A DNA stretch of 64,000 bases from NCBI GenBank assembly GCA_044229975.1, contig JBGARZ010000019.1, forward strand, positions 32,001 through 96,000. Direction: 5' to 3'. This document shows, piece by piece, positions 49,197-61,811 of this stretch. The position numbers and the translations under genes were made by a program. Below the pieces are notes generated by a model. That model did no database searches and was not told where the DNA came from. It saw nothing but the letters and a program-made list of their open reading frames with translations. Every line of letters starts with the position of its first letter. Positions within the stretch are counted from its first letter, which is position 1. The DNA comes from Polyangiales bacterium. Lineage in GTDB: Bacteria > Myxococcota_A > Polyangia > Polyangiales > Ga0077539.

Positions 49197-50390
49197 ATGA
49201 ACCTGTCCTTCCCCACGCTGGCGCGGATCATCGATCCGTTGCCCGTCGAGGTGTTCTTCCGCGACCACTGGGAGCGCGCCCCGCTGGTGCTCCATCGCGA
49301 ACGCCCGCGCGCCTTCGAGGGGCTGCTCTCGCTGGGTGACATCGATCGCTACCTCGGCACCAACGACGTGCACCACCCGTCGGTGTCGCTCGTCGACCAC
49401 CGCCGCAAGATCGCCCCCGAGGAGTACGCGTACCCGAGCGGCCTCGTGGACGCGGTGAAGCTCTTCAAGCTCTACGAGGCGGGCGCCACGATGGTGTTCG
49501 CGCAGCTCGAAGGGAATCACCAGCCGCTGTTCGAGTGTGTGCGCGCGCTGGAGCACGAGTTCAGCACGCGCTTCCAGGCCAACATCTACCTCACGCCGGG
49601 CAACGCCCAGGGCTTCCATCCCCACTACGACAGCCACGACGTCCTCGTGGTGCAGGTCGAGGGAACCAAGCACTGGATGCTCTACGACCAGGTCATCGAC
49701 ACGCCCCTGCGCCGCCAGGAGTTCGACCCGAAGGAGACGGTCTGCGGGCCGCTGTCGCAGGAGTTCGACCTTCACCCTGGTGATGTCCTCTACATCCCGC
49801 GCGGCCTGATGCACGACGCGCGCACCGCCGACGGCGACGGCCACTCGCTGCACGTCACCTTCGGCGCGCTCTTCACGTCTTGGACGGAGCTCATGGCCGA
49901 GGCCCTCGGCCGCTGGGCCCTCACTGACGTGCACGGTCGACGCAGCCTCCCGGCGGGCTTCGCGCGCGACGGCTTCGACGCAGCGGGCGCGCGGTCGTAC
50001 TTCGTGGAGGCGCTCAAGCGCTTCACGGCGGCCGCCGAAGCAGACGCCGACGGTGTGCTCGAACACTTCGCCCGCGACCTCGTCGACACCCGACACCCGC
50101 GACTGCCGGGGCAGTTCTCACAGCTCGCGGGCCTCGGCGCGCTCACGGCCGACCGACCCGTCGGCGTTCGCCCCGGTGTGGTGCTGCGTGTCGATGACGA
50201 CGGTGATCGCGTGATCCTCGCCGCCTACGGAACCGAGCTCGCCTTCCCGTCGCACGTCGCCGCGGCGCTGCGCTTCGCGGTGACCCACGAGCGCTACACC
50301 GCGCGCGACCTCCCGGGGCCGCTCGATGAGGAGGGGCGCCTCGTGCTGGTGCGTCGGCTCATCCGCGAGGGCGTGCTCCAGGCGCTCTGA
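49197..50390 (+). CDS. JmjC/cupin 2-oxoglutarate Fe(II) oxygenase, ROX (NO66/YcfD-like) family
   Basis: FF..HWE..P, NIYLTP, GFHPHYD (HxD), QVEGTKHW, GDVLYIPRGLMH (distal His), C-terminal winged-helix-like LVRRLIREG. Confidence 0.9.
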   Translation: MNLSFPTLARIIDPLPVEVFFRDHWERAPLVLHRERPRAFEGLLSLGDIDRYLGTNDVHHPSVSLVDHRRKIAPEEYAYPSGLVDAVKLFKLYEAGATMVFAQLEGNHQPLFECVRALEHEFSTRFQANIYLTPGNAQGFHPHYDSHDVLVVQVEGTKHWMLYDQVIDTPLRRQEFDPKETVCGPLSQEFDLHPGDVLYIPRGLMHDARTADGDGHSLHVTFGALFTSWTELMAEALGRWALTDVHGRRSLPAGFARDGFDAAGARSYFVEALKRFTAAAEADADGVLEHFARDLVDTRHPRLPGQFSQLAGLGALTADRPVGVRPGVVLRVDDDGDRVILAAYGTELAFPSHVAAALRFAVTHERYTARDLPGPLDEEGRLVLVRRLIREGVLQAL

Positions 50391-51314
50391 CTACAGCCCG
50401 CGCACGCAGCGAAACCCCACGTCCACCCGCGCCTCCAGCGCGTTGATCGCCTCCCGCGCGAAGCCGCTCGCGTCGGCCTCCGCCGTGCGGAAGGACCCGC
50501 CTCGCGTCCAGCGCGCGTCACCCTCGGTGGGTCCCGTCGGGTCGCGGTCGATGCCCGTCACGGCGGTGAGCGAGCCTTCGCGATCGTTCACCCACTCGGC
50601 GACGTTGCCCACCAGGTCGAGAACACCCTCGGGCGAGGCGCCGGTGGGGAGCGTTCCGGCGAGGCGCGTGGTGTCGCCGCAGCCCGAGGTGTGCGCGCGG
50701 GCGCAGGTCGGGGGGAGGGTTCCCCAGGGTGAGCGACGGCCCTCGATGCCGCGGGCGGCGAGGGACCACTCGGCGTCGGTGGGCAGGCGCCCTCCCGCGA
50801 AGGTGCAATAGGCCGCGGCCTGGGCGTGCGTGACGTTGACGACGGGCGCCGTGGGGCGGGTCATCGCGGCGAGCGGGTCGGTGAGGGCGGGGCAGCGGTT
50901 CGCGGCGACGCACGCGCGCCAGCGGGCGACGGTCACCTCGGTGCGATCGATGGCGAAGGTGCCGACGGACACCCAGCGACCGCCGAGCCGCCAGGTGGCG
51001 CCCGCGACCAGGGCCATGCCGATGGGGACCCGGGCGCGCTGGGCTGCGGTCGGGACGACCGTGTGCGAGCTGAGGCCCGCGACGTCGGCGGGGTCGGCGG
51101 CGCGTGCGTCCGTGACGGCGGCATCGGCGCGGGGGGCGGGCTGCGACCACGCGTTGGTGCAGCCGACGGCGAAGTGGAGGAGCGCGACGACTCCGACGGC
51201 TGGGCAGGAACGCACCGCGGCGGACCATACGCCACGGCCCGGCTGGAAACGTAGCGGCGTGGGCCCCCTTGCGGCGGATGGGTGGGTGGGTGCATCGTCG
51301 GGGACAACACCCAC
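50391..51314 (-). CDS. Formylglycine-generating enzyme (FGE-sulfatase) domain protein
   Basis: FAIDRTEVT, PVVNV, RLPTDAEW..AARG, DLVGNVAEW, RGGSF, GFRC; true start probably downstream (lipobox AVGC). Confidence 0.82.
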   Translation of the reverse strand: MGVVPDDAPTHPSAARGPTPLRFQPGRGVWSAAVRSCPAVGVVALLHFAVGCTNAWSQPAPRADAAVTDARAADPADVAGLSSHTVVPTAAQRARVPIGMALVAGATWRLGGRWVSVGTFAIDRTEVTVARWRACVAANRCPALTDPLAAMTRPTAPVVNVTHAQAAAYCTFAGGRLPTDAEWSLAARGIEGRRSPWGTLPPTCARAHTSGCGDTTRLAGTLPTGASPEGVLDLVGNVAEWVNDREGSLTAVTGIDRDPTGPTEGDARWTRGGSFRTAEADASGFAREAINALEARVDVGFRCVRGL

Positions 51315-51356
51315 CCGGTGGTGGTGGTGGGTGCCGGGCAGATCGGGAGGGCACTC

Positions 51357-51782
51357 ATGGCCAACGACCGGACTCGTCGAGCGACATCGCAGATCACGGT
51401 GAGTCGACCGTCCCCGCGGGTACTAGAGCTCCGATCCGAGGGGTACATCACCCGCTTCGAGCTGGTGGCTGCGCTGGCCGAGGCCGAGCAGATCCTCGCG
51501 GAGTTTCCCGACGTCGACGCGATGCTCTGGAACACCCTCCACCACGACGGCCACGAGCCCGGCAACACCAACCTCGGGGTGGCCTTCCATCGCCAGCACG
51601 TGGGGCGCTTTCAGCGCGCGGTGATTCTCACCCACAGCGCCCCGATGGCCGCCCTCAGCAACATCGCGCGGGTGCTGATTCCGTCGCTCACCGTGAGTGT
51701 TTTCGCCCGTCGCGAAGACGCGCTCGCCTGGCTCACGCGCGGCCACAGCCAGCACGGCGGCAAGCGCACCCGCGCCGCGTAG
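51357..51782 (+). CDS. SpoIIAA-like (STAS/SEC14) small protein
   Basis: GGAGG SD then ATG 51357; alpha/beta pattern ending VF..REDALAWL. Confidence 0.6.
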   Translation: MANDRTRRATSQITVSRPSPRVLELRSEGYITRFELVAALAEAEQILAEFPDVDAMLWNTLHHDGHEPGNTNLGVAFHRQHVGRFQRAVILTHSAPMAALSNIARVLIPSLTVSVFARREDALAWLTRGHSQHGGKRTRAA

Positions 51783-51805
51783 TCACCCGCTCGCGCGGAG
51801 GGGCG

Positions 51806-52162
51806 TCAGTGCTCGACCGACCCGCCGCCACCGCTGCCACCGCCCTGCGGCGTCGCGGGGATGACCGTCACCGGGAACGTCATCGGGAGCTGCGAGATGT
51901 CGCGGCCGATGATGCGGGTGCGCCCCACGGCGATGCCCGTCACCCGCGCGTGGCCGTCGGGGAGCACCACCATCGTCGCGATGGAGTGGTCTTCGGTGTC
52001 GATGATCTGCGGGAGCCGCGGGAGCATGTAGTTGACGCTCTCGCCGACGCGAACCTCGACGCCGCCTGCGGTCTGCGCCGCCGCCGGACCGGTGGAGAGA
52101 CCGAGCGCGACGCACGCGGCGAGGCCGAGCGCGCGGAGGAAGGACGATCGACGAAACAACAT
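51806..52162 (-). CDS. Small secreted protein resembling the pilus-secretin N-terminal domain
   Basis: RRSSFL signal; VRVGES, D.SIAT, VTGIAVGRTRI pattern. Confidence 0.55.
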   Translation of the reverse strand: MLFRRSSFLRALGLAACVALGLSTGPAAAQTAGGVEVRVGESVNYMLPRLPQIIDTEDHSIATMVVLPDGHARVTGIAVGRTRIIGRDISQLPMTFPVTVIPATPQGGGSGGGGSVEH

Positions 52163-52293
52163 GGCGTGACTCCTGTGCAGGGCTCTGTACCACCGGGCGC
52201 GGGTCGTGGCTCGCTTCCGACCAACGGCCCCTTTCGCTGCGGTGTGCGCGGCGCATTGACAGTTGGTGCCGACCTCCCGATAGCAGTGGCCCC

Positions 52294-53262
52294 ATGAGAT
52301 TCACCTCCACCGCTCTCATCACGCTCCTGCTCGCGTCAGGCTGCGGCGCCAGCCGCCCCGCGACGCCCCCACAGACCGCAGCGACGGTCGCCACGCCCGT
52401 GGCCTTCGGCTCGCTCGACGCCGCCCTCGCGGGCTCGCAGCGCTCGGCCGCCGACCGCGCGCGCGATCAGTACCGCCACCCGCGAGAGACGCTCACCTTC
52501 CTGGGCATCCAGCCGGGGCAGACGGTTGTCGAGCTCGGTCCGGGCGGCGGCTGGTACACGGCCATCCTCGCGCCGCTGCTCCACGACTCCGGGCAGCTCG
52601 TCGCCGCGGCGCCGTCCGCGACCGGATCACGCGCCCAGTACAACCGGCGCTTCATGGACTTCCTCGCCACGCGCCCCGACCTCTACGGCAACGTGCGCGT
52701 CGCCTCCCTCGACCCGCCCGCCAGCGAGCTCGGCCCCGACGCGTCGGCCGACGCGGTGCTCAGCTTCCGCAACATCCACGGCTGGATCAATGACCACGCG
52801 GCCGAGCAGGTCTTCGCGGCGATCTTCCGCGTGCTGAAGCCGGGCGGCGTGTTCGGCGTCGAGGAGCACCGCGCGGCGACCGGCGCCGACCCCGCGGTGA
52901 CCTCGCGTCAGGGCTACGTTCCCGAGGCGTACGTCATCCAGCTCGCGACGGCGGCGGGCCTCGTGCTCGAAGAGCAGTCGGAGATCAACGCCAACCCGCG
53001 CGACACCCGCGACTACCCCGAGGGCGTGTGGTCGCTGCCGCCGACGCTGCGCCAGGGCGACACCGACCGCGCGCGCTACCTCGCCATCGGCGAGAGCGAC
53101 CGGATGACCCTCCGCTTCCGCAAGCCCGCCACCCCGCCGCCGGCCCCGGCCCCTGCCGTGGCCGAGCCCGCTCCGCCGGCAGCTCCGGCGCCCGCCGCTG
53201 CGCCTGCCGCCCCGGCGCGGGCCCCGGCGCGAACCCCCGCGCGCCCGGCCCCGCGGCGCTGA
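52294..53262 (+). CDS. Class I SAM-dependent methyltransferase lipoprotein (COG4798-like)
   Basis: RD.YRHP.ETL.F.G, VELGPGGGWYT, FRNIH, LKPGG, SEINANP.D, IGESDRM; lipobox ASGC. Confidence 0.85.
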   Translation: MRFTSTALITLLLASGCGASRPATPPQTAATVATPVAFGSLDAALAGSQRSAADRARDQYRHPRETLTFLGIQPGQTVVELGPGGGWYTAILAPLLHDSGQLVAAAPSATGSRAQYNRRFMDFLATRPDLYGNVRVASLDPPASELGPDASADAVLSFRNIHGWINDHAAEQVFAAIFRVLKPGGVFGVEEHRAATGADPAVTSRQGYVPEAYVIQLATAAGLVLEEQSEINANPRDTRDYPEGVWSLPPTLRQGDTDRARYLAIGESDRMTLRFRKPATPPPAPAPAVAEPAPPAAPAPAAAPAAPARAPARTPARPAPRR

Positions 53263-53302
53263 TGCGCTGGCGACGCGCCCCGTTGTTGGGCATCGTCGCC
53301 TC

Positions 53303-55093
53303 GTGAACCCCTCCCGCTCCGTCGTCCTCGCGCTCTGCCTCGTCGCCTGCGGCTCCGCCCGCACCGTCGCGAGCAACCCCACCACGCCCCCCGCCGTCGC
53401 TCCCGCCGTGTCGCTGCTCGCGCCCGGCCCGGCAGCGACCTACGCCCGCTTCGCCGTCGCCACCGACCACCCCGAGGCCTCGGCCGCGGGCGCCGAGGTG
53501 CTCGCCGCCGGGGGGACCGCCGCCGACGCCGCCGCCGCCGCCATGCTCGCGCTCGGCGTCGCCGGGCCCGCGTCGAGCGGACTCGGTGGTGGCGGGTTTG
53601 CCCTCTACTACCGGGCGAGCGATCACAGCGTGACCTTCCTGGACTTCCGCGAGACGGCGCCCGCGGCGGCGACGGCGGCGATGCTCAACCCGCCGCCCGC
53701 ACCGGCCGGGGCAGGGGACGCGGGCGCGGCGCCGACCCGGGCCGCGGGCCTCGCGGTGGGCATCCTCGGTGAGCCGCGGGGCATCGAGGAGATGCTGCGA
53801 CGCTTCGGCACCATCGGCCGTGAGCGGGTCGTCGCACCCGCGATACGACTCGCCGAGGAGGGCTTCACCCCGAGCGAATACGTCGCCTCGTATTCGCAGC
53901 GCTTCGCGGCGGTGCTCCGGCGCGACGCGCTCGGCCGCACCTGGCTGCCGGAGGGGTCCGACGCCATCCGCGCGGGGGTTCCGCTGCGCAACCCGATGCT
54001 CGCGCAGACGCTCCGCAGCTTCGCCGCGCAGGGCGCGCAGGTGTTCTACGAGGGGGCGCTCGCGGAGGAGATCGTCCGCGCGACGCGGGCCATCGGCGGC
54101 GTGATGACGGCCGACGACCTGCGGGGCTATCGCGTGGTCGAGCGGCAGCCGCTCTCGGCCGAGCGCTACGGGCACCGCTGGGTCACCGCTCCGCCGGAGA
54201 GCGCGGGCGGGTACACGCTGCTCACGAGCCTCGGGCTGCTCGAACGCTGGCTGCCCTCAGGCGGTGCGCGTCCCTCCGAGGTCGACGCGCTGCACGCGAT
54301 GGCCGAGTCGTGGCGAGCGCCCTTCATCGATCGGGCGCGGTACTTCGGTGACCCGGATTTCGTGCGCGTCCCGATGGCGGCGTTGATGGCGCCTGAGCGG
54401 CTCGCGACGCGCGCGGCCCTCTTCGACGCGGCGCACTCGCGTCCGTCCCGCGACTACGACCAGCCCCTGCCCGATGGACCCTCCGCGGCCCTCGCCCCGG
54501 TGCCCGTCGGCTCTGGGACCTCGCACATCTGCGTCGTCGACGCCGAGGGCAACGTCGCGAGCGTCACCACCACCATCAACATCCCCTTCGGCGCGGGCGT
54601 GAGCGTCGGCGGCTTCTGGCTCAACAACGAGCTCGATGACTTCACCGTCCCACCCGCGCCCGGCGCGCCCGCCCCCGCGCTCCCAACCGGAACCTTCAAC
54701 CAGCCCGCGGCCGGTCGCCGTCCGGTGTCGACCATGACCCCGACCATCGTCTTCCGCGGCGCCGACCCCGTGCTGTGTGTCGGCGGCAGCGGCGGAACCC
54801 GCATCGTCACCTCGGTGGTGCAGGCCGCGTGGCGCGCCATCGTCCTCAATGACGCCGTGGCCGAGGCCGTGGCGCACCCGCGCGTCCATCAAGCCGCACA
54901 GCCCGACGTGCTGTCCACCGAGGCCGCGCTCGATGCCGCCGTCGTCGAGGGGCTGCGGACACGCGGCCACCAGACCGACCCGCTCCGCTTCGGCGCCGTG
55001 GTGCAGGCCATCCGTATCACCCGCGGCGCCGACGGCGTGCGCCTCGACGCGGCGAGTGATCCGCGCAAGGGCGGCCGCCCCGCGGGGAGGTAG
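53303..55093 (+). CDS. ggt: Gamma-glutamyltransferase
   Basis: GGTAADAA, SSGLGGGGF, DFRETAP, GTSH cleavage site, TTTIN, NNELDDF, RPVSTM.P, GGSGG.RI, SDPRKGG. Confidence 0.92.
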   Translation: MNPSRSVVLALCLVACGSARTVASNPTTPPAVAPAVSLLAPGPAATYARFAVATDHPEASAAGAEVLAAGGTAADAAAAAMLALGVAGPASSGLGGGGFALYYRASDHSVTFLDFRETAPAAATAAMLNPPPAPAGAGDAGAAPTRAAGLAVGILGEPRGIEEMLRRFGTIGRERVVAPAIRLAEEGFTPSEYVASYSQRFAAVLRRDALGRTWLPEGSDAIRAGVPLRNPMLAQTLRSFAAQGAQVFYEGALAEEIVRATRAIGGVMTADDLRGYRVVERQPLSAERYGHRWVTAPPESAGGYTLLTSLGLLERWLPSGGARPSEVDALHAMAESWRAPFIDRARYFGDPDFVRVPMAALMAPERLATRAALFDAAHSRPSRDYDQPLPDGPSAALAPVPVGSGTSHICVVDAEGNVASVTTTINIPFGAGVSVGGFWLNNELDDFTVPPAPGAPAPALPTGTFNQPAAGRRPVSTMTPTIVFRGADPVLCVGGSGGTRIVTSVVQAAWRAIVLNDAVAEAVAHPRVHQAAQPDVLSTEAALDAAVVEGLRTRGHQTDPLRFGAVVQAIRITRGADGVRLDAASDPRKGGRPAGR

Positions 55094-55094
55094 C

Positions 55095-55121
55095 GTCACC
55101 CACCCGTCACGCGCGCCTCAC
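55095..55121 (+). promoter_or_regulatory. Pho-box-like 11-bp direct repeats upstream of exbB
   Basis: GTCAC at 55095 and 55106, CTCAC at 55117, exact 11-nt phasing. Confidence 0.3.
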
Positions 55122-55254
55122 GCCGATGAGCGCGCAGCGTCGACGTCTTGTCGCGATCGCGCCGCGAGACGCTCACTTCGCAACGGTAGTCCTGTCGCCG
55201 CGCAACGAGACCGGCTCATCGGTCAGTCCAAGCGGGGCGCAGACAGGTACTGCC

Positions 55255-56007
55255 ATGCACCGTTTCTCACTGATCAAGCTGTTCACCTCGTTCGCGATGC
55301 TCGGCGCCGAGTGGGTCATGTGGGTGCTCATCGCGCTGTCGTTCGTGACCGTATCAATCATGATCGAGCGGGCCCGGTACTACCGCTCGCTCAACGATGA
55401 CCTCGACACCCTCGCGACCAACTTCGACGCCCACCTCCGCAAGGGCGACCTCACCGCCGCCTCCAAGCTCCTGCGCGCGTCGTCGTCACCCGCCGCGCTC
55501 GTCGCGCTCGCTGGGCTGCGCGAGGTCGCTCGTGGCGCCGACGCCGCCGAGTGCGTGATGGCCGGCACCCTGGCCCGCGTCCGCCGCGAGCTCGAACGTC
55601 GCCTCGCCTTCCTCAACACCGTCGGCAACAACGCCCCCTTCGTCGGGCTCTTCGGCACCGTCATCGGGATCATCCAGGCCTTCGACGCCCTCAAGCCGCC
55701 CGCCGGTCTGCGCGGTGCCGCCGCTGCGGCCGCCGCCGCCGCCAACACCGGCCGCGTGATGGGAACCATCGCCGAAGCCCTCGTCGCCACGGCCATCGGG
55801 CTGCTCGTCGCGATTCCCTCGGTGGCCGCGTACAACCTCTTCCAACGCCGCATCAAGTCGATGCTCACGGACACCGAGGCGCTCACCCAGCTCGTGCTGG
55901 CCTACGCGCACGCGCCCATCGCACCGGCCGCCTCGGCGGTCGCCCCGGCGCCGCTCACCAACGGCCACGCCGTCGCCGCCACCTCCACCTCCGCGCAGGC
56001 GAGCTGA
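55255..56007 (+). CDS. exbB: MotA/TolQ/ExbB proton-channel protein
   Basis: LNTVGNNAPFVGLFGTVIGII, IAEALVATAIGLLVAIP. Confidence 0.88.
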   Translation: MHRFSLIKLFTSFAMLGAEWVMWVLIALSFVTVSIMIERARYYRSLNDDLDTLATNFDAHLRKGDLTAASKLLRASSSPAALVALAGLREVARGADAAECVMAGTLARVRRELERRLAFLNTVGNNAPFVGLFGTVIGIIQAFDALKPPAGLRGAAAAAAAAANTGRVMGTIAEALVATAIGLLVAIPSVAAYNLFQRRIKSMLTDTEALTQLVLAYAHAPIAPAASAVAPAPLTNGHAVAATSTSAQAS

Positions 56008-56011
56008 GACC

Positions 56012-56430
<419 letters not shown>

Positions 56431-56434
<4 letters not shown>

Positions 56435-57237
56435 ACGCCCCCGCCCCCATCGACGACGCCGACGAACTCGCCGGGAGCTCCGTCTTCCGCAAGCCGCCGG
56501 GGCGTGTGTGGGTCGTCTCCTTCGCGGCCCACGCGGCGGTCTTCGCCGTGCTCGGCGTCGTCGGAACCTTCATCGGCGTGAAGACCGGCTTCATCCCGCC
56601 GACCATCATCGAGCTCGAAGCGCCGCCCCCGCCGCGCCGCCCGCTGCCGCCGCCCGTCGCGCCACCGCCGCGCCCCACGGCGCCAGAGGCCACGGCGCCC
56701 CGCGCCCCGCGTCCTGCCAACCGTCCCGCCAACAACGCCGCGCGCCCCGGTCGCGCCGCCGCGCCGCACGTGCTCGCCGCGCAGGGCAACGGCCCCGGCA
56801 ACGGCGACGAGATGCCCGTCGGTGACAACAACGACTTCCAGGGCGGCGTCGTCGGCAACGGTGGCGGTGGCGCCGTGGAGACTCCGCGGCCTGCGCCCGA
56901 ACCCGAGCCCGAGCCATCGGTACACGCCGGGACGGGTCGTCGTGGCCCCGTACAGATTCCGGAGGAGGCCGTACCACCGGTCGCGGTCGATCGACCGATG
57001 CCGGCGTACCCCGAAGGTGCGCGGCGCAGCGGGGTGCAGGCCGAGGTCGTCGCCCGCGTGGTCGTCGACGAGGACGGCTCCGTGAGCGCGGTGGAGATCC
57101 TCCGCGGGCACCCCGACTTCGACACCCTCGTGCGCGAGGTGCTGCGTCGCTGGCGCTTCCAGCCGGCCACCATCGATGGCCACGCGCTCGCCGTCTACCA
57201 GATCGTCCGTGTCCCCTTCCGCCTCGAAAACCTCTGA
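56431..57237 (+). CDS. tonB: TonB energy transducer
   Basis: TM with S...H motif, Pro-rich spacer, PAYPEGARRSG..W.F.PA C-terminal domain. Confidence 0.88.
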
Positions 57238-57249
57238 CGGAAGTCCCTC

Positions 57250-60021
<2,772 letters not shown>

Positions 60022-60166
60022 CGGGTCACCCCGTTGACACCAAACACCTCGATATCGGGACACGATGTTCGCGGGGTTGTCATAAGAGCCTGAGAGATTC
60101 CTCCCCGCAATCCAGCAACGACTCCGTTCAACGATGAGCGGAGCCCTTCGAGGAGGCTAGATCATC

Positions 60167-61801
60167 ATGCGCTTCAATCGACACTCCAGCATCCTGGGCC
60201 CGGCGGTCATCGCCGCGCTGATCGCTTCATCGGGCATCGTTGTCGGTTGTGACGACGACGGCGGCGGCGACATCCTGAGCAACCGCGACTCCGGCACCGA
60301 CGCTGGCACCACGCCGACCGACGTCGGCACGACGCCCACGGACATGGGCACGACACAGACCGACGTCGGCACGACGCCCGCGGACACGGGCACCACGCCG
60401 ACCGACGTCGGTACCAACCCCACCGACACGGGCACCACGGAGGCGGGCACCACGCCCACCGACTCGGGTACCACGCCCACGGACGTCGGCGCCGACTCTG
60501 GCGTGACGTGTCCCGCGTCGCCCATGGAGGTTCACATCACGGCCGACACCATCACGGCCAACACCACCTGGGATTGTACGCGCACGTACATCCTCGACGG
60601 CGCCACGCCGACCTTCGTGATGTCGCCCGCGGTGCTCACCATCGGCCCCGGAACCGTCGTCCGCGGCAGCAACCCCTCGTCGGCGATCATCATCACCCGC
60701 GGGGCCCGGCTGGAGGCCAACGGCACCGCCGAGCAGCCCATCGTCTTCACCAGCAACCGCCCCGTCGGCATGCGCCGCGCGGGCGACTGGGGTGGGGTGG
60801 TGATGCTCGGCAACGCCCGCATCAACGACAGCGCCAACATGACCGGCTCGACCGGCACGAACCAGTTGGAGGGCCTCGACTCCACGGACATGCGTGGTCG
60901 TTACGGCGGCGGCGCGACGCCTGACGACGCCGCGAGCTGCGGCACGCTGCGGTACGCGCGCATCGAGTTTGCGGGGTACACGCTCTCGGCCAACAACGAG
61001 CTCAACTCACTCACGCTCTGCGCCTGCGGCTCGGGCACGACCATCGACTATGTGCAGGTGCACCGCGGCGCCGACGACGGCGTGGAGATCTTCGGCGGAA
61101 CCACCAACATCCGCCACATCGTCAGCACGCAGTCCGACGACGACGGCCTCGACTGGGACCAGGGGTGGCGCGGCAAGGGGCAGTTCATCGTGGTGCAGGG
61201 CCCCGCGATGTCGGGTGAGTCCGACCCGAGCGGCATCGAGGCCGACAACGACCGCGACGTCCCGACGTCCATGCCGACCTCCGAGCCGACGCTCTACAAC
61301 CTCACGGTGCTCGGCCCGGGGAACACCGTCTCCATCGCCAACAACCGCGCCGTCGTGCTGCGCCGCGGGACCGCGGGTCGCCTGGTCAACGCCCTCGTCG
61401 GCGGCTTCCCGGTGAGCGGCATCGACGTGCGCGACACGGCGACCTTCACCCTCGCGATGGGCGACACGCCGCGGCTACAGTTCGCCAACTCCCTCATCTG
61501 GGCCAACGGGCCCGATGGGATGCAGAACTTCCTCGACAACACCACGGACACCTTCGACGAGGCCGGGTGGTTCACCGCCGCCGCGCGCAACAATCGCGTG
61601 GGCACCGACCCGATGCTCCCGGCGCCGTACAACGCCACTGCGCCGGGCCTCGTGCCGCCCGCGGGCTCTGCCGCTGCGACCGGTGCTGCGACGCCCCCGA
61701 GCGACGGCTTCTTCGATGCGACGGCGACCTTCGTCGGCGCCGTTCCGCCTGGCAGCACGACCAACTGGATGTCCGGTTGGACGGCCTTCCCCGCCAACTG
61801 A
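60167..61801 (+). CDS. Lipoprotein with Thr-rich stalk and predicted beta-helix domain
   Basis: Lipobox VVGC; PIVFTS, GDWGG, GTLRYARIEFAG, NELNSLT, DDGVEIFGG, DDGLDWD; ends WMSGWT. Confidence 0.78.
   Translation: MRFNRHSSILGPAVIAALIASSGIVVGCDDDGGGDILSNRDSGTDAGTTPTDVGTTPTDMGTTQTDVGTTPADTGTTPTDVGTNPTDTGTTEAGTTPTDSGTTPTDVGADSGVTCPASPMEVHITADTITANTTWDCTRTYILDGATPTFVMSPAVLTIGPGTVVRGSNPSSAIIITRGARLEANGTAEQPIVFTSNRPVGMRRAGDWGGVVMLGNARINDSANMTGSTGTNQLEGLDSTDMRGRYGGGATPDDAASCGTLRYARIEFAGYTLSANNELNSLTLCACGSGTTIDYVQVHRGADDGVEIFGGTTNIRHIVSTQSDDDGLDWDQGWRGKGQFIVVQGPAMSGESDPSGIEADNDRDVPTSMPTSEPTLYNLTVLGPGNTVSIANNRAVVLRRGTAGRLVNALVGGFPVSGIDVRDTATFTLAMGDTPRLQFANSLIWANGPDGMQNFLDNTTDTFDEAGWFTAAARNNRVGTDPMLPAPYNATAPGLVPPAGSAAATGAATPPSDGFFDATATFVGAVPPGSTTNWMSGWTAFPAN
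60305..60487 (+). repeat. 21-bp coding tandem repeat (GTTPTDx heptads)
   Basis: Eight 7-aa units plus one 5-aa unit. Confidence 0.85.
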
Positions 61802-61811
61802 TCTCGGGCGG

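Noticed and set aside
50391..51314. FGE-domain gene as part of the peptide/JmjC system or as a true formylglycine enzyme
   Set aside because: Convergent orientation, and the catalytic Cys pair after RGGS is absent; likely one of many generic paralogues
55094..55254. Cobalamin riboswitch or Fur box before the TonB operon
   Set aside because: No B12-box or AT-rich Fur consensus recognisable
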